From an uncultured Chroococcidiopsis sp. (GTDB lineage: Bacteria > Cyanobacteriota > Cyanobacteriia > Cyanobacteriales > Chroococcidiopsidaceae), in NCBI GenBank assembly GCA_964248365.1, contig CAXTYC010000028.1, positions 8,470-72,469 of the forward strand: a DNA stretch of 64,000 nucleotides, in the 5' to 3' direction. Positions 1-10,907 of the stretch are shown here, in pieces. The stretch's first letter is position 1. The number at the start of each line of letters is the position of its first letter. The notes beneath the pieces were generated by a model. The model saw only the letters and a list, made by a program, of their open reading frames with translations. It searched no databases and was not told the DNA's origin. Position numbers and translations under genes: made by a program.

Positions 1-2
1 AA

Positions 3-1580
3 GTTAAAGCAGCTATTTCTGAAGAAGCAGCAATTGAGTATCGCAGTGATGAGCTAGGACGTTCTGAAATTGAAGAGATTATTTTTGAACATCCTGATTT
101 AGAATTATGCCGCAATGGTGTTGAAATTGTTGATTCTCCAGGTTTAAATGAACATCCTGATCGTACTGCAATTACCTCAAAGCTTCTAAAAAATACTGAT
201 GCAGTTATTTTCTTAACTAGCGCATTACAAGTATTAACGGAAGCAGAACGCCACCTACTGAATGTTGTTTTGAAACCTCAACTAAATGGTGGTAATGAAA
301 ATGAACCTGCTAATAATCTTTTTGTAGTAGTCAATTTCATCGATCAACTACGGCGCGAAAAGGATAAGCAGCAAGTACAGCAACTAGTTGAAAAGTTTGT
401 GCAGGGTCAAAATCCCATTATTCACGGTGAAAACCGCATTCATTTTATTTCTGCCCAAGCAGCGCTAGATGCAATTTTGGATGGAATTGAAGATGATTAT
501 CTGAAATTATTTGAATTTTTCTGCCAGTCTCTTGAGAAGTTTTTAACAAACGAACGTGGTTTAATCAAACTTCAGCAATCTGTTACAGACATTACGATAT
601 TAATTCAGTTGTGTCTATCCGAATTTTATCAAGCTAATAATAAGCTGGATGAAAAAGTAAAAGATTCGGAAGCAGAAAAGCAGAAAATATTAGAGCAAAT
701 TGGGGAAGCCAGTGGACGTGATGTGAGAATTAAGGATCTGGCAATCCAACTGGTAGATGAAGCATTCGCTCAAGCTATTGATTCTTTCGAGCAATGGTGT
801 GAGAGCTTAATTGATCGGATGGTAGAAAAAAGTGAATACTGGCATTCAGAGCATTCACACATTTGGAGTCAAGATAAGCTAATCAAAGACTACGCCAATC
901 AATTTATTCGAGATTTCCAAACAGAAATAAACGATTGGGGTAATAGCCAGCTTAAAAATGTAATTTTGAAGCAAAGCATCAAAAAAATCAACCAAGTAAT
1001 TATTCAAGAATTACAGGGGATTCAAAACAATTTGAAGCTTATCGAACTGCAAACAAATACAAAATTCAGTCAACAGACTAACTTCAATATTAGTGGAATT
1101 GAGGGTGATATCACGGGTGCTGGTGGTTTTATGGGTGGTATAGGTGCTGGTGGTGCTTTAGCAGCTGGATTATTCGCTTTTACAGGGATTGGTCTTATCC
1201 CAATCATCATAGGCGCTGTAGCAACTGCTATTGCTGGCTCATTTGGACTGGGGTTGTTAGACGTTGATGGGATTCACGACCAAATCAAAGCCAAAGTTCT
1301 TGAGCAAGGCTTTGAGAAGTTTAGTGAGTCTATTGACAAAATAGGAAATAGGTTAGAGGAAATTATTATTTCAGCCTTCGATAGCCAAGTTGAAGCAGCT
1401 GAAGAAGCTATCAAACATTTTATCTCGTCTTATGAAAAATTGCTCGAACATCAGGAGAAAGCCCAAAAAGAAATAATGGCAGAAAGTAAGGCTGAAAAAG
1501 CTTTTATCTATCAAAAATGTCAGGAACTTGAGCAGGTGCAAAAGCGTATTGAAGCAATTTTAAATCAATCTGTTGAATAG
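3..1580 (+). CDS. Bacterial dynamin-like GTPase, 5'-truncated by the window edge
   Basis: The frame is open from base 3 and reads ...HPDLELCRNGVEIVDSPGLNEHPDRTAITSKLLKNTDAVIFL (G3 DxPG), then VVVNFID (G4-like), a helical stalk, a Gly-rich hydrophobic paddle (GAGGFMGGIGAGGALAAGLFAFTG) and a C-terminal coiled coil. Confidence 0.85.
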   Translation, partial: VKAAISEEAAIEYRSDELGRSEIEEIIFEHPDLELCRNGVEIVDSPGLNEHPDRTAITSKLLKNTDAVIFLTSALQVLTEAERHLLNVVLKPQLNGGNENEPANNLFVVVNFIDQLRREKDKQQVQQLVEKFVQGQNPIIHGENRIHFISAQAALDAILDGIEDDYLKLFEFFCQSLEKFLTNERGLIKLQQSVTDITILIQLCLSEFYQANNKLDEKVKDSEAEKQKILEQIGEASGRDVRIKDLAIQLVDEAFAQAIDSFEQWCESLIDRMVEKSEYWHSEHSHIWSQDKLIKDYANQFIRDFQTEINDWGNSQLKNVILKQSIKKINQVIIQELQGIQNNLKLIELQTNTKFSQQTNFNISGIEGDITGAGGFMGGIGAGGALAAGLFAFTGIGLIPIIIGAVATAIAGSFGLGLLDVDGIHDQIKAKVLEQGFEKFSESIDKIGNRLEEIIISAFDSQVEAAEEAIKHFISSYEKLLEHQEKAQKEIMAESKAEKAFIYQKCQELEQVQKRIEAILNQSVE

Positions 1581-1663
1581 CGATCGCTCTACTTCTGCAT
1601 AACTAATAATATTAAATGCGATCGCCCTTCGGTAATTAAGGTAAGGTGAGGTGCGATCGCACT

Positions 1664-2020
1664 TCAAGGGTATCGAACAACAATACCCAATGCCAATACA
1701 ATTTCTTCAAGTGTCGTTTCTTCCACCACACCTACTTTATCAGTGAAACCCTCCAGAGAAACAGAGCGGGTTTGTAAAGGATTGGCAGCAGAAACTTTTG
1801 TTAAACCGTTTTGTGGTGTGGGAGTAATTTGCACTAACCAAGCAATGTTAGCAAAAGCTGATTTCCAAGCTGTTATCGGGACAACTAAACGTAGCCTCAA
1901 TCCTGCTAATCCATCTGCACTGATAACAACTGCTGGGCGTGTTTTCTAAATTTCGCCGCCTCTAGTTGGATTAAACTGAACTCGCCAAATTTCACCCCGC
2001 CGAGGCTGGCTATTGCTCAT
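1664..2020 (-). pseudogene. PemK/MazF-family toxin interrupted by an in-frame amber stop
   Basis: From ATG 2020 it reads MSNSQPRRGEIWRVQFNPTRGGEI*KTRPAVVISADG...VVPIT. The TAG at 1946-1948 is codon 25 and the frame continues into ORF 1664-1900. Confidence 0.85.
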
Positions 2021-2249
2021 CCGAGATGTCATCATCTATAAACTCATCTGTCCATTCCATACCCTCTGCACCAGGAAGAAAGTATTGAGCTACTGTAGCA
2101 ACTTGTTGAGCAAGTATTGCATCGCGTTGTTCAACTGGTAGTTTCAAGAAAGCCCTTCGATCAATTGCTTGAAATTCAGATGAATTAGATGTTAGTGCAG
2201 GCGAGTGTTGGGTATCCTTGGTAGAAATGAATTCTTGATCCTTACTCAT
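2010..2249 (-). CDS. Probable antitoxin partner of the MazF-type toxin
   Basis: About 79 aa with an acidic C-terminus; its stop overlaps the toxin start, as in a type II toxin-antitoxin pair. Confidence 0.6.
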   Translation of the reverse strand: MSKDQEFISTKDTQHSPALTSNSSEFQAIDRRAFLKLPVEQRDAILAQQVATVAQYFLPGAEGMEWTDEFIDDDISDEQ

Positions 2250-2393
2250 AGTCAACACCTACCGACTATCGGACGTTGATTAGATTTTATCTTTGCTAGT
2301 GATGTTCGCAAAGCATATTGTAGCCGATTGGCTAAATTTATCAGATGCGATCGCCTGATAATAAGTATTGGCGCTTTATTTAATTCCACTGAT

Positions 2394-3083
2394 ATGAGCC
2401 AAATATCCCTCAATTTAATTGCTATTTCTATTTTTGTAATCACATTTTCGACTCTGCTGGAACCATTATTCAACTTGTCGCCAACTATTCCGGCGATCGC
2501 CACCTTTAGTTTACTAGGACTTGCTACCCTGGATAATTTCGGCTTCGGGGGTAAGGGAGGTAACTTATTGTTAGATACGCTTGGTAGTTTCTCACCTCAA
2601 CACCGCGATCGCATTATCCGTCACGAAGCGGGACACTTTTTAGTCGCTCACTTGATGGGAATTCCTGTCACTAGCTATACTCTCAGTGCTTGGGAAGCGC
2701 TAAAGCAGAAACAACCAGGACTAGGTGGCGTAAGTTTTGACGATCGGGAATTAGCATCGCAGTTAGAAAAGGGTACTCTCTCAGCCCAAATGTTAGATCG
2801 TTATTGCACTGTTTGGATGGCTGGCGGTGTAGCTGAAGACTTAGTTTACGGTAATACTGAAGGCGGAACCGACGATTTACAAAAAATTAGAACTGTCTTG
2901 ACACCTTTAGGATTTTCTGCTAAAGCCCAAGAGCAAAAGCAAAGATTCGCAGCATTACAAGCTCGTACCTTAATACAAAATAATTGGTCAGCTTATGAAG
3001 CTTTAGTTAATACTATGAGACAACGGGCTGATGTATCTGAATGTTGTCGGGCGATTGAACAAGCTGAAGGGCTGGGAGCCTGA
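2394..3083 (+). CDS. Membrane-anchored M41-like Zn protease-domain protein (conserved cyanobacterial type)
   Basis: Two N-terminal hydrophobic helices, HEAGH motif, AGGVAE motif; ATG at 2394 preferred. Confidence 0.8.
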   Translation: MSQISLNLIAISIFVITFSTLLEPLFNLSPTIPAIATFSLLGLATLDNFGFGGKGGNLLLDTLGSFSPQHRDRIIRHEAGHFLVAHLMGIPVTSYTLSAWEALKQKQPGLGGVSFDDRELASQLEKGTLSAQMLDRYCTVWMAGGVAEDLVYGNTEGGTDDLQKIRTVLTPLGFSAKAQEQKQRFAALQARTLIQNNWSAYEALVNTMRQRADVSECCRAIEQAEGLGA

Positions 3084-3182
3084 AAAGTATAAAGTATGAA
3101 GTATGAAGGAGTCAGGAGTCAGGAGTCAGGAGTTCTGCCCCTCTGCCCCTCTGCTCTTTCCCTAGCCCCCAACCCCTAGCCC

Positions 3183-4691
3183 CTAGCCCCTTTGATCGCA
3201 CTGCTGCAAAAATCGCGCCGCAATTTCTGGGTGTTCGCCAAAATGTAGATGAATGTAGGAAGCATGAAGGTGAGGCGATCGCCATCCTTCTGAGGTTGTA
3301 GATGAGCTTTTATCAGCTCCTCTTGTTTGAAACAATGGCTGTGTGGGCATTATAGACAGGTGTGAGCGATGAAATTCATGTCCCCAAACTATATCCCCAG
3401 CTTTCACCAATGGACTATCTTGCAAAGCAGTTGCCTGTCGATAACCTAATGTTAGACGAGAACCCATTACAGCCTCTGTTGCGATCGCTCCCACCATTGA
3501 CCAGGACTTACTATCAAAGTCTATAATTTGCTCAGACAGATACATTAACCCGCCACACTCTGCCAAGGTCGGCATTCCAGCTTGAATGGCTGCTTGCACA
3601 GATGCAATAGCCTGGGTATTTGCTGCCAATTCTGGGGCAAACACTTCGGGGAAGCCACCACCAAAATATAATCCGTGTACGTTTTCGGGTAAACCAGAGT
3701 CAACAAGCGGACTCCAAGGAACTAATTCAGCCCCCAGTTGTTGCAACAAATCCAAATTGTCTTGGTAGTAGAAACTAAAAGCGCGATCAAGAGCAATTGC
3801 CAAACGGAGGGGTGAGGAGTGAATTTGTAGGGGCAGGTTTTTCTGAGTTATCTGTGTGATTACAGGTATGTCTGGTAAACCCGCCCGTACAGAGTGTGAA
3901 TTTGTAGGGGCGGGTTTTTCTGAGTTATCTGTGTGATTACAGGTATGTCTGGTAAACCCGCCCGTACACAGTTGTGAATATCCCTTGTCTTCTGTCTTCA
4001 AAAGTGGTAATAAGCGTTCCCAGTCAAAGCACGTATCACCTAAAGTCGCTAGCTGATCTATTAATGTATCCAGTTGACTCAGTTCGGCTGTGGGTACTAA
4101 ACCGAGATGGCGATCGGGAATTGTGATATTATCAGATCGTCGCAAGACTCCCACAATAGGGATTTGCAATGGTTCTAAAGCATCCTTGAGTAATTGCAGA
4201 TGGCGATCGCTTCCTACTCGATTTAGCACCACGTGGGCTATTTTTACGTTGGGATCGAATGAGCGATAACCGTGTGCGATCGCTGCTACAGATCCAGATA
4301 ACCGACTACAATCAATTACTAAGACTACAGGTAAATTAAGTAACCTAGCAATGTGAGCCGTACTGGCAAAATCAGTCATTTGATCTTGTTCGACAAATGA
4401 CGAAATGCCATCAAATAGCCCCATAACCCCTTCTACCAGGGCATATTCACTCACCTGGGTATGACGAGCGAAACATTGCTGAACATAAGCCTGGGAGGTT
4501 AACACTGGGTCTAAATTCCGACAAGCACGTCCAGTGACGTACTGATGAAACATCGGATCAATATAATCTGGACCCACCTTAAAAGATTGCACCTGCAAAC
4601 AGCGACGGCGCAAAGAAGCTAACAGGGTGAGCGTCACAGTTGTTTTGCCCACCTGGCTACGTTCTCCAGCAATTACTAATGTCATAGCCAC
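3183..4691 (-). CDS. cobB: Cobyrinate a,c-diamide synthase with an internal repeat-derived insertion
   Basis: GKTT P-loop, FKVGPDYIDP, EGVMGLFDG, RHLGLV, glutaminase motifs AECGGLMYL and GHEFH. Confidence 0.95.
   Translation of the reverse strand: MAMTLVIAGERSQVGKTTVTLTLLASLRRRCLQVQSFKVGPDYIDPMFHQYVTGRACRNLDPVLTSQAYVQQCFARHTQVSEYALVEGVMGLFDGISSFVEQDQMTDFASTAHIARLLNLPVVLVIDCSRLSGSVAAIAHGYRSFDPNVKIAHVVLNRVGSDRHLQLLKDALEPLQIPIVGVLRRSDNITIPDRHLGLVPTAELSQLDTLIDQLATLGDTCFDWERLLPLLKTEDKGYSQLCTGGFTRHTCNHTDNSEKPAPTNSHSVRAGLPDIPVITQITQKNLPLQIHSSPLRLAIALDRAFSFYYQDNLDLLQQLGAELVPWSPLVDSGLPENVHGLYFGGGFPEVFAPELAANTQAIASVQAAIQAGMPTLAECGGLMYLSEQIIDFDSKSWSMVGAIATEAVMGSRLTLGYRQATALQDSPLVKAGDIVWGHEFHRSHLSIMPTQPLFQTRGADKSSSTTSEGWRSPHLHASYIHLHFGEHPEIAARFLQQCDQRG
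3819..3978. repeat. Two tandem copies (77-bp period) of a REP-like palindromic element inside cobB
   Basis: GTGAATTTGTAGGGGCRGGTTTTTCTGAGTTATCTGTGTGATTACAGGTATGTCTGGTAAACCCGCCCGTACA begins at 3819 and 3896; the arms GTAGGGGCGGGTTT and AAACCCGCCCGTAC are inverted repeats. A degenerate relative lies at about 4733-4798. Confidence 0.9.
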
Positions 4692-4829
4692 AGATGGTAA
4701 TTGGTAATTGGTAGGGGCGCTCTTTAAATCAAGTAGGGGCGCACTTTAAATGAGTTATCTTGCGCCTCACAAGTATGTCTGATAAACCCGCGCGTACGGT
4801 AGTTGGTGAAAGGTTAAATCAATTACCCA

Positions 4830-6197
4830 TTACCCATTAGCTAATTTGAGCATTCCAGCTGTAACGGCAAGGCTTTCTTCATATAGCACATCGCGCCCCC
4901 AGCGTTGTAGTTGCTGTGAGAGTAATTCTTCTGCACTTTGATCGGAAAGAGAGCTTACTTGCACAAAGCGACAATTTTGAGCGCCGCCACCTAGTTCCAT
5001 TCGCATACAACCAGTTGTTTCAGAACACAGAACTGTACAACAGTCTGCCTCTTGATTGGTCGAGTTCAAGCGCAGAGCAATTAAATCGCCTGGAATATCG
5101 CCTGAATTAGCTGTGGGAACTCCAGCTACTTCTGCTTCTACTTGCCGCCCGTCTGAGGTAACAAAGTGGATGCACTTGATGTTATAATCCCCCTCTTCCT
5201 GTTGATAGCCAGAAGGATGCCAATTTAACCGACTTGCCAACCACCCCAAAAACATCAGTGCTTGTGATGGATTGCCTTTTTCGTAATCTATCGTTACTCT
5301 GTCAACTTCCTTAAGAGCTGCTCGACGCTGAGGAGGATCGAAAGCTTCAGCAGTCAACTCTTGCCATGCTGCCAATCGACTCCAGTTTAAGTCATTTACT
5401 GGTACACCCGCTTCTATGAGTTCTTGAATATTCAGCAAATTTTGTTCTACTTGAGTAAAGCCGCTAGAATCAAAGATTACAGAATTGCAAACTGCTGATA
5501 GTCGCTTGAATATCCCATTGTTGGGATCGGGCGTTGCTTTCCACCAGAGAAACTTCGGCAAATCGCCAATTAATAACGCTGGAACCATGCCCCCCACTCT
5601 TTCCAAGGCTTCAACAGTTCCCGTGAGGGTGATGTACTCGCAGCATACAAGTGTAGTTGACGACTGCTTTTGAATAGGGCAATAAGCAGATACTTGTGCC
5701 TTTACGCCTTCGTCATCCCCAGTTACTGGACACAGGGCAATAATGCGGCAAGGGTTGCGACTAGCGATCGCATCGGCAATTGTTGGGCTTTTCGTATCCA
5801 AAGCATAAGACAAACTTGCCGTGCCGTCTACACTCGTAGCACCACGACGTTTAACAAGTTCTTCCCGTAGAAGGTCAAGCAATTGGGGGGTTGGCTTCCC
5901 AGTTGTCTCTAATCCATAAGCTTTCTGTGCTTCTCGCACAGCAGTGGCGGTGCGCGGTCCTGGAATACCATCTATTGGACCACTGTAAAATCCCAAAGCT
6001 GCTAACAGGTGTTGAGTTTGTTCTGGTTCGTAAACGAGCAAACTAAAGGTTTTTGCCCGTGTTGCGGCGGGTATTCCCCCATTATCGCCTGCTAGTCCGT
6101 AACTTTGCCAAATCTGATTAAGTTCCGCTTCAATTTCACCGACTGAAATATCCTTGGGAGCCTGAAGCGAAAAAATTGGAGGAGATTGAGTAGCCAT
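4830..6197 (-). CDS. opcA: Glucose-6-phosphate dehydrogenase assembly/activator protein OpcA
   Basis: Directly downstream of zwf; PG-binding-like segment (GFYSGPIDG), PCRII, VSAYCP, LPKFLWW, DLNWSRL. Confidence 0.93.
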   Translation of the reverse strand: MATQSPPIFSLQAPKDISVGEIEAELNQIWQSYGLAGDNGGIPAATRAKTFSLLVYEPEQTQHLLAALGFYSGPIDGIPGPRTATAVREAQKAYGLETTGKPTPQLLDLLREELVKRRGATSVDGTASLSYALDTKSPTIADAIASRNPCRIIALCPVTGDDEGVKAQVSAYCPIQKQSSTTLVCCEYITLTGTVEALERVGGMVPALLIGDLPKFLWWKATPDPNNGIFKRLSAVCNSVIFDSSGFTQVEQNLLNIQELIEAGVPVNDLNWSRLAAWQELTAEAFDPPQRRAALKEVDRVTIDYEKGNPSQALMFLGWLASRLNWHPSGYQQEEGDYNIKCIHFVTSDGRQVEAEVAGVPTANSGDIPGDLIALRLNSTNQEADCCTVLCSETTGCMRMELGGGAQNCRFVQVSSLSDQSAEELLSQQLQRWGRDVLYEESLAVTAGMLKLANG

Positions 6198-6306
6198 AAA
6201 AAAAGTGTGAAATAGGAAGTTTAAAGTATGAAGTAGGAAGTATAAAGTATGAAGTAGGAAATTTAATGTTTATTCTTTACACTTCATCCCTTATCCTTCT
6301 TCATTT

Positions 6307-7836
6307 TTACAGTCTGCGCCAGCGACGACCATCTCGTTCGATCAGAAGTTCCGCTTCCGCAGGTTCCCAAGTGCCAGCTTCATATTGTGGAATCGATGCA
6401 GGATCTGTTGGTGCATCCCAAACGCTCAGTGCTGGAGTCACCACCTGCCAAGCTGCTTCTACCTCATCTGCTCGTGTAAACAAGGTTTGGTCGCCTATCA
6501 TACAATCGATCAACAGGCGATCGTAAGAATCCGCAGATCCTATCCCAAAAGCAGATCCGTAACTAAAGTCCATTTCTACCGAACGACTGCGTAGTTCTGG
6601 TCCTGGCATCTTCACTTCAAACCGCAGCGAAATTCCTTCATTCGGCTGAATTCGCATTGCTAAAATATTAGCATTTGCCTGTTTGGTAGCTGATTGAAAG
6701 ATCAGATACGGCACTTCACGGAAGTGGATCGATATTTCACTCACTTTTTTCGGCAGGCGTTTACCAGTACGTAGATAAAAAGGTACACCTTGCCAACGCC
6801 AGTTATCGATCGCAAACTTCATCGCTACATAAGTCGGTGTAGTCGAGTTGGGATTAACTCCAGGTTCCTCCCGATACCCAGGCACACGTTTACCTTTCAT
6901 CCAGCCAGCACTATATTGACCGCGCACTGCCGACCGCTCTAGGTTTTGCAAATCTGCCAAATGAGTAGCTTGCAGTACTTTCAGTTTTTCTGTGCGGATG
7001 CTATCGGCATCTAAAGCGTTGGGTGGTTCCATCGCGGTGAAGCAAAAAATTTGCATCAGGTGATTTTGCAACATATCCCGCAATGCACCAGAGGATTCAT
7101 AGTATCCTGCTCTGTCTTCTACGCCTACTGTCTCTCCTACAGTGAGCTGAACATGATCGACAAATTGGCGATTCCACAATGGTTCAAAAATCGCATTGGC
7201 AAAACGAAATACCAATAAATTTTGTACAGTTTCTTTACCGAGATAGTGGTCAATGCGGTATACTTGTTCTTCTTTGCAAACTTGCTGTACTACTCGGTTA
7301 AGACTTCGCGCCGAAGCCAAGTCTCGCCCAAAGGGTTTTTCAATTACCAGCCGAGTCTTGGTTGGATCGGCTAGCATCTGCGCCCGTCCTAATTGCTCGA
7401 TCGCTTCTGGAAAGAATTTCGGGGCGACAGACAGGTAAAACACGCGATTGCCCCGCGTTCCTCGTTTGTCGTCCAATTCTGCCAAGAAGTCTTTTAATTT
7501 CTGGTAGCTTTCTGGATTGTCCATATCTCCAGAGCAATAGAAAAGACCTTGTGAAAAGTCTTGCCATAATTCCTCAGCACCAATACCGTCGGAAAACTGC
7601 TCTATCCCCTCACGCATCTGTTCCCGAAAGTAGTCGTCACTCCAGTCTCTGCGTGCTACTCCCACAATAGTGGTTTCTGGTGGAATACGGCGTTCTCGTC
7701 TGAGTTTGTAAAGTGCTGGTACTAATTTGCGCTGGGTTAGATCCCCTGATGCACCAAAGATCACCAAAATTTGAGGATCAGGAGTTTTTTGTTGTTGCAG
7801 CCCTACACGCAAGGGATTTTCTAGCAGCGTGACCAT
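6307..7836 (-). CDS. zwf: Glucose-6-phosphate 1-dehydrogenase
   Basis: [34 protein letters not shown]. Confidence 0.98.
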   Translation of the reverse strand: MVTLLENPLRVGLQQQKTPDPQILVIFGASGDLTQRKLVPALYKLRRERRIPPETTIVGVARRDWSDDYFREQMREGIEQFSDGIGAEELWQDFSQGLFYCSGDMDNPESYQKLKDFLAELDDKRGTRGNRVFYLSVAPKFFPEAIEQLGRAQMLADPTKTRLVIEKPFGRDLASARSLNRVVQQVCKEEQVYRIDHYLGKETVQNLLVFRFANAIFEPLWNRQFVDHVQLTVGETVGVEDRAGYYESSGALRDMLQNHLMQIFCFTAMEPPNALDADSIRTEKLKVLQATHLADLQNLERSAVRGQYSAGWMKGKRVPGYREEPGVNPNSTTPTYVAMKFAIDNWRWQGVPFYLRTGKRLPKKVSEISIHFREVPYLIFQSATKQANANILAMRIQPNEGISLRFEVKMPGPELRSRSVEMDFSYGSAFGIGSADSYDRLLIDCMIGDQTLFTRADEVEAAWQVVTPALSVWDAPTDPASIPQYEAGTWEPAEAELLIERDGRRWRRL

Positions 7837-7837
7837 A

Positions 7838-7912
7838 TTAGTGGTTAGTGGTTAGTGGTTAGTGGCGAAGCTAGAGGCTAGAGGCTAGAGGCTAGAGGCT
7901 AGAGGCTAGAGG
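7838..7912. repeat. Heptamer tandem repeats (STRR-like)
   Basis: (TTAGTGG)x4 followed by (GCTAGAG)x6 between zwf and tal. Confidence 0.9.
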
Positions 7913-8034
7913 AAAGCTGGGGGAGCTGAGGGAGATGAGGGGTTTGTTTATACCATATCCTTGCTTTCAAGTCAAGAAAGTTGAATGCACTTTCTCCCTC
8001 AGCCTCCTCAGCCTCCTCAGCCTCCTCAGCTCTC

Positions 8035-9198
8035 CTAGACGGGTGACAACTGATTTATCTTCTCTTCCAAGGAGTTCATCAGCGACTGGAAGGGTTGAAC
8101 AAACTTGTCAATTCCTTCCACGAGTAATTCATCCATTACTTGATCTAAGTTGATGTTGATGTCTGGATCTTTGAGGTTTTCGAGCAATGTATATGCTTCT
8201 TCCACGCCAGTTTCAACACGATTGTCAGGATCGCAGTGATCGGCGCAAGCCTCAATTGTGCTAGGTGGTAGGGTATTAACAGTGTCGGGTCCTACTAGCT
8301 CATCGACATACATCACGTCGCTGTAGTTAGGATCTTTGGTGCTGGTGCTTGCCCACAGTAGCCGCTGTACATTTGCGTCTTTGGCTGACAAAGCTTTCCA
8401 GCGATCGCTTTGGATAATTTCTTTGTATTTTTGGTAAGCTACTTTAGCATTGGCGATCGCTACTTTGCCTTTAACCGCTCTCAGCTTTGCTTCAAAGGCA
8501 ATATCATCAGTACCCTTTTTGAGTTTTTCATCAATCAGCTTATCAATTTTGATGTCAATTCGGCTGAGGAAGAAACTTGCTACTGACGAGATTTTGCTGA
8601 TGTCCTCACCTTTAGCCACCCGCTTTTCCAATCCTCGAATATAAGTCCAGGCGGTTTCAACGTAGCTTGAGACAGCAAACAGCAGGGTGACATTTACATT
8701 GATACCTTCTGAGATTACTTGCTCAACCGCAGGTAAACCCTCATTAGTACCAGGTATCTTGATCATTACGTTTTCTTTACCAATTTCTTGGTAATAACGG
8801 CGGGCTTCCTTGATCGTTGCTTCGGTATCATGAGCGATCGTTGGTGGTACTTCGATACTCACGTAACCATCTAATCCACCAGACGAGTCATATATGGGGC
8901 GTAAGATATCACACGCATGGCGAATATCTTCAAAAATCAAGGATTCGTAAATTTTATCAACTGGTAATCCAGCCCGTACCCCAGCTTCGATATCTGCGTC
9001 ATACATGGCGTTACCCATCATCGCCTTTTCAAAAATTGCTGGGTTGGTGGTAATTCCACAAATCCCCCCATTCTCAACCAAGCCTTTAAGTTCACCCGAT
9101 TGGATTAAATCACGAGTCAAATTATCCATCCAGATACTTTGACCGAATTGCTTGATTTCGATTAAATGGTTGTTTGGTTTAGTTGCTTGATCTGTCAT
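8035..9198 (-). CDS. tal: Transaldolase (long type)
   Basis: GITTNPAIF, VSIEV, VMIKIPGT, NVNVTLLF, QRLLWASTSTK. Confidence 0.97.
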   Translation of the reverse strand: MTDQATKPNNHLIEIKQFGQSIWMDNLTRDLIQSGELKGLVENGGICGITTNPAIFEKAMMGNAMYDADIEAGVRAGLPVDKIYESLIFEDIRHACDILRPIYDSSGGLDGYVSIEVPPTIAHDTEATIKEARRYYQEIGKENVMIKIPGTNEGLPAVEQVISEGINVNVTLLFAVSSYVETAWTYIRGLEKRVAKGEDISKISSVASFFLSRIDIKIDKLIDEKLKKGTDDIAFEAKLRAVKGKVAIANAKVAYQKYKEIIQSDRWKALSAKDANVQRLLWASTSTKDPNYSDVMYVDELVGPDTVNTLPPSTIEACADHCDPDNRVETGVEEAYTLLENLKDPDININLDQVMDELLVEGIDKFVQPFQSLMNSLEEKINQLSPV

Positions 9199-9277
9199 CT
9201 TCTAAACTCCTATCAGTTATATTTGCCTTTCTGCATTATGGTCTTACCCTAGCCCCTAGCCCCTAACCCCTAGCCCC

Positions 9278-10360
9278 TTATTGAGGTACACGCGATCGCT
9301 CAATTAAGCTACGCTCATCTTGTGCTTTGATCTGTTTTTGAATGAAAGACTCGACCAAAGCCACATCGTCTTTACTACCAATAATCAACGGTGTGCGCTG
9401 ATGTAGCTTTTCTGGCACTACATCCAAAATTTCCCCACTTCCTGTACTTGCTCTTCCTCCTGCTTGTTCAATTAGGAAAGCTAGAGGTGCAGTTTCATAC
9501 AGCAAGCGTAATTTACCTTCTGGTTTCTTAACTGTGCCTGGGTACAGAAACACACCACCTTGAACCAAAATGCGATGGATATCGCTCACCATTGCTCCAC
9601 TATAGCGAGCGGTATATCCTTCTGTACGATGAACATAGCGGATATATTCACGGATTGATTCATCCCATTGCCAGAAATTTCCCTCATTAACGCTATAAAT
9701 TGCTCCGTGATTGGGAATTTGAATGTTTTCGTCTGAAAGGATAAACTCTCCTAAGCTGGGATCGAGCGTAAACGAATGAACTCCCTTGCCAATCGAATAG
9801 ACTAGCATTGTGCTGGGACCATAAAGGATATAACCAGCGGCGATTTGTTTACGTCCACTTTGCAAAATATCCTGGGCTGTTCCGTCGGGATCGTTTCCTT
9901 GTTGTTGTCTAATCGCAAAGATCGAACCTAAACTGAGATTAATATCCGTGTTGGAAGAGCCATCAATCGGGTCATATAACAGAGTGTAGCGACCAATTGG
10001 GCAGTTTTCGGGAATGTAGTATGGTTTTTCCATTTCCTCGGAAGCCAAGCGACAGACAAGACCGCTTTGCTTGAATACTGAGATAAAAACATCATTGGCA
10101 TAGACATCCATTTTTTTGACGGATTCGCCTTGCACATTCACGCTACCAGTAAATCCAAGCACACCTTCCATTAAACCCGCACGGCTGAGGCGACGGGCAA
10201 TCAGTTTGCCAGCCAAAGCAATGCGATTCATCAAGGCACTTAAATCTTGGGCATCTGCTGAGAAACTCTGAAGTTGCTGTAGGACGTGACGGGATAGAGT
10301 TGTGCAATCATGCTCCAGGGCATTGTCATTATCTAGTATTTGTTGCACATCGTCAGCCAT
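9278..10360 (-). CDS. fbp: Class I fructose-1,6-bisphosphatase
   Basis: [28 protein letters not shown] at 10360. Confidence 0.97.
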   Translation of the reverse strand: MADDVQQILDNDNALEHDCTTLSRHVLQQLQSFSADAQDLSALMNRIALAGKLIARRLSRAGLMEGVLGFTGSVNVQGESVKKMDVYANDVFISVFKQSGLVCRLASEEMEKPYYIPENCPIGRYTLLYDPIDGSSNTDINLSLGSIFAIRQQQGNDPDGTAQDILQSGRKQIAAGYILYGPSTMLVYSIGKGVHSFTLDPSLGEFILSDENIQIPNHGAIYSVNEGNFWQWDESIREYIRYVHRTEGYTARYSGAMVSDIHRILVQGGVFLYPGTVKKPEGKLRLLYETAPLAFLIEQAGGRASTGSGEILDVVPEKLHQRTPLIIGSKDDVALVESFIQKQIKAQDERSLIERSRVPQ

Positions 10361-10907
10361 TGTTTTCGTCCTTCCTTTAGAGTGGAACGGTTGGCACGGG
10401 ATTGGCAATTGTGCTTAATACCCGCTTCTGCTTTCTATCTTAGAAACCCAATTAGTTTATGAAATCTGACTTTAGGCGAACTACAGAAATTATTACAAGA
10501 TTGGCGTGGTTAGAAAGGAAGTAATACAGTAGATATCCTTGCTAAACGTGAACTTTAATGCTATTATACTCTTCTTTGCTAAGATGACGAGGAGCGATCG
10601 CACCTGTCGGCGGCAACTCTATAGCTGCTAACAAGTGTCAAACAAACAAGTTCGCTTCGGAATAATCAATAATTGACAATTGATTAGTTACCACAGCTTT
10701 GTTTATTTTTGCAACAAAGTACTGGGTGAAACAAGAGTTAAGATAAGCTGTAACTGGTCAAAGCCTTTCGCTATGCAACTTTATTAGGTAAAGGGGAAAG
10801 GGGCAAGGGAAAGAATAATCAATTATCAATTGATTATTGATTATTGCTCCGTAAAGCCCCTGAAGTTCCCTGAAGCTTTTCTTAGTCAAGGCTGTGGTGG
10901 GCGAAAG

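Noticed and set aside
3819..3978. CRISPR array
   Set aside because: Only two long units with identical interiors, no unique spacers and no cas genes.
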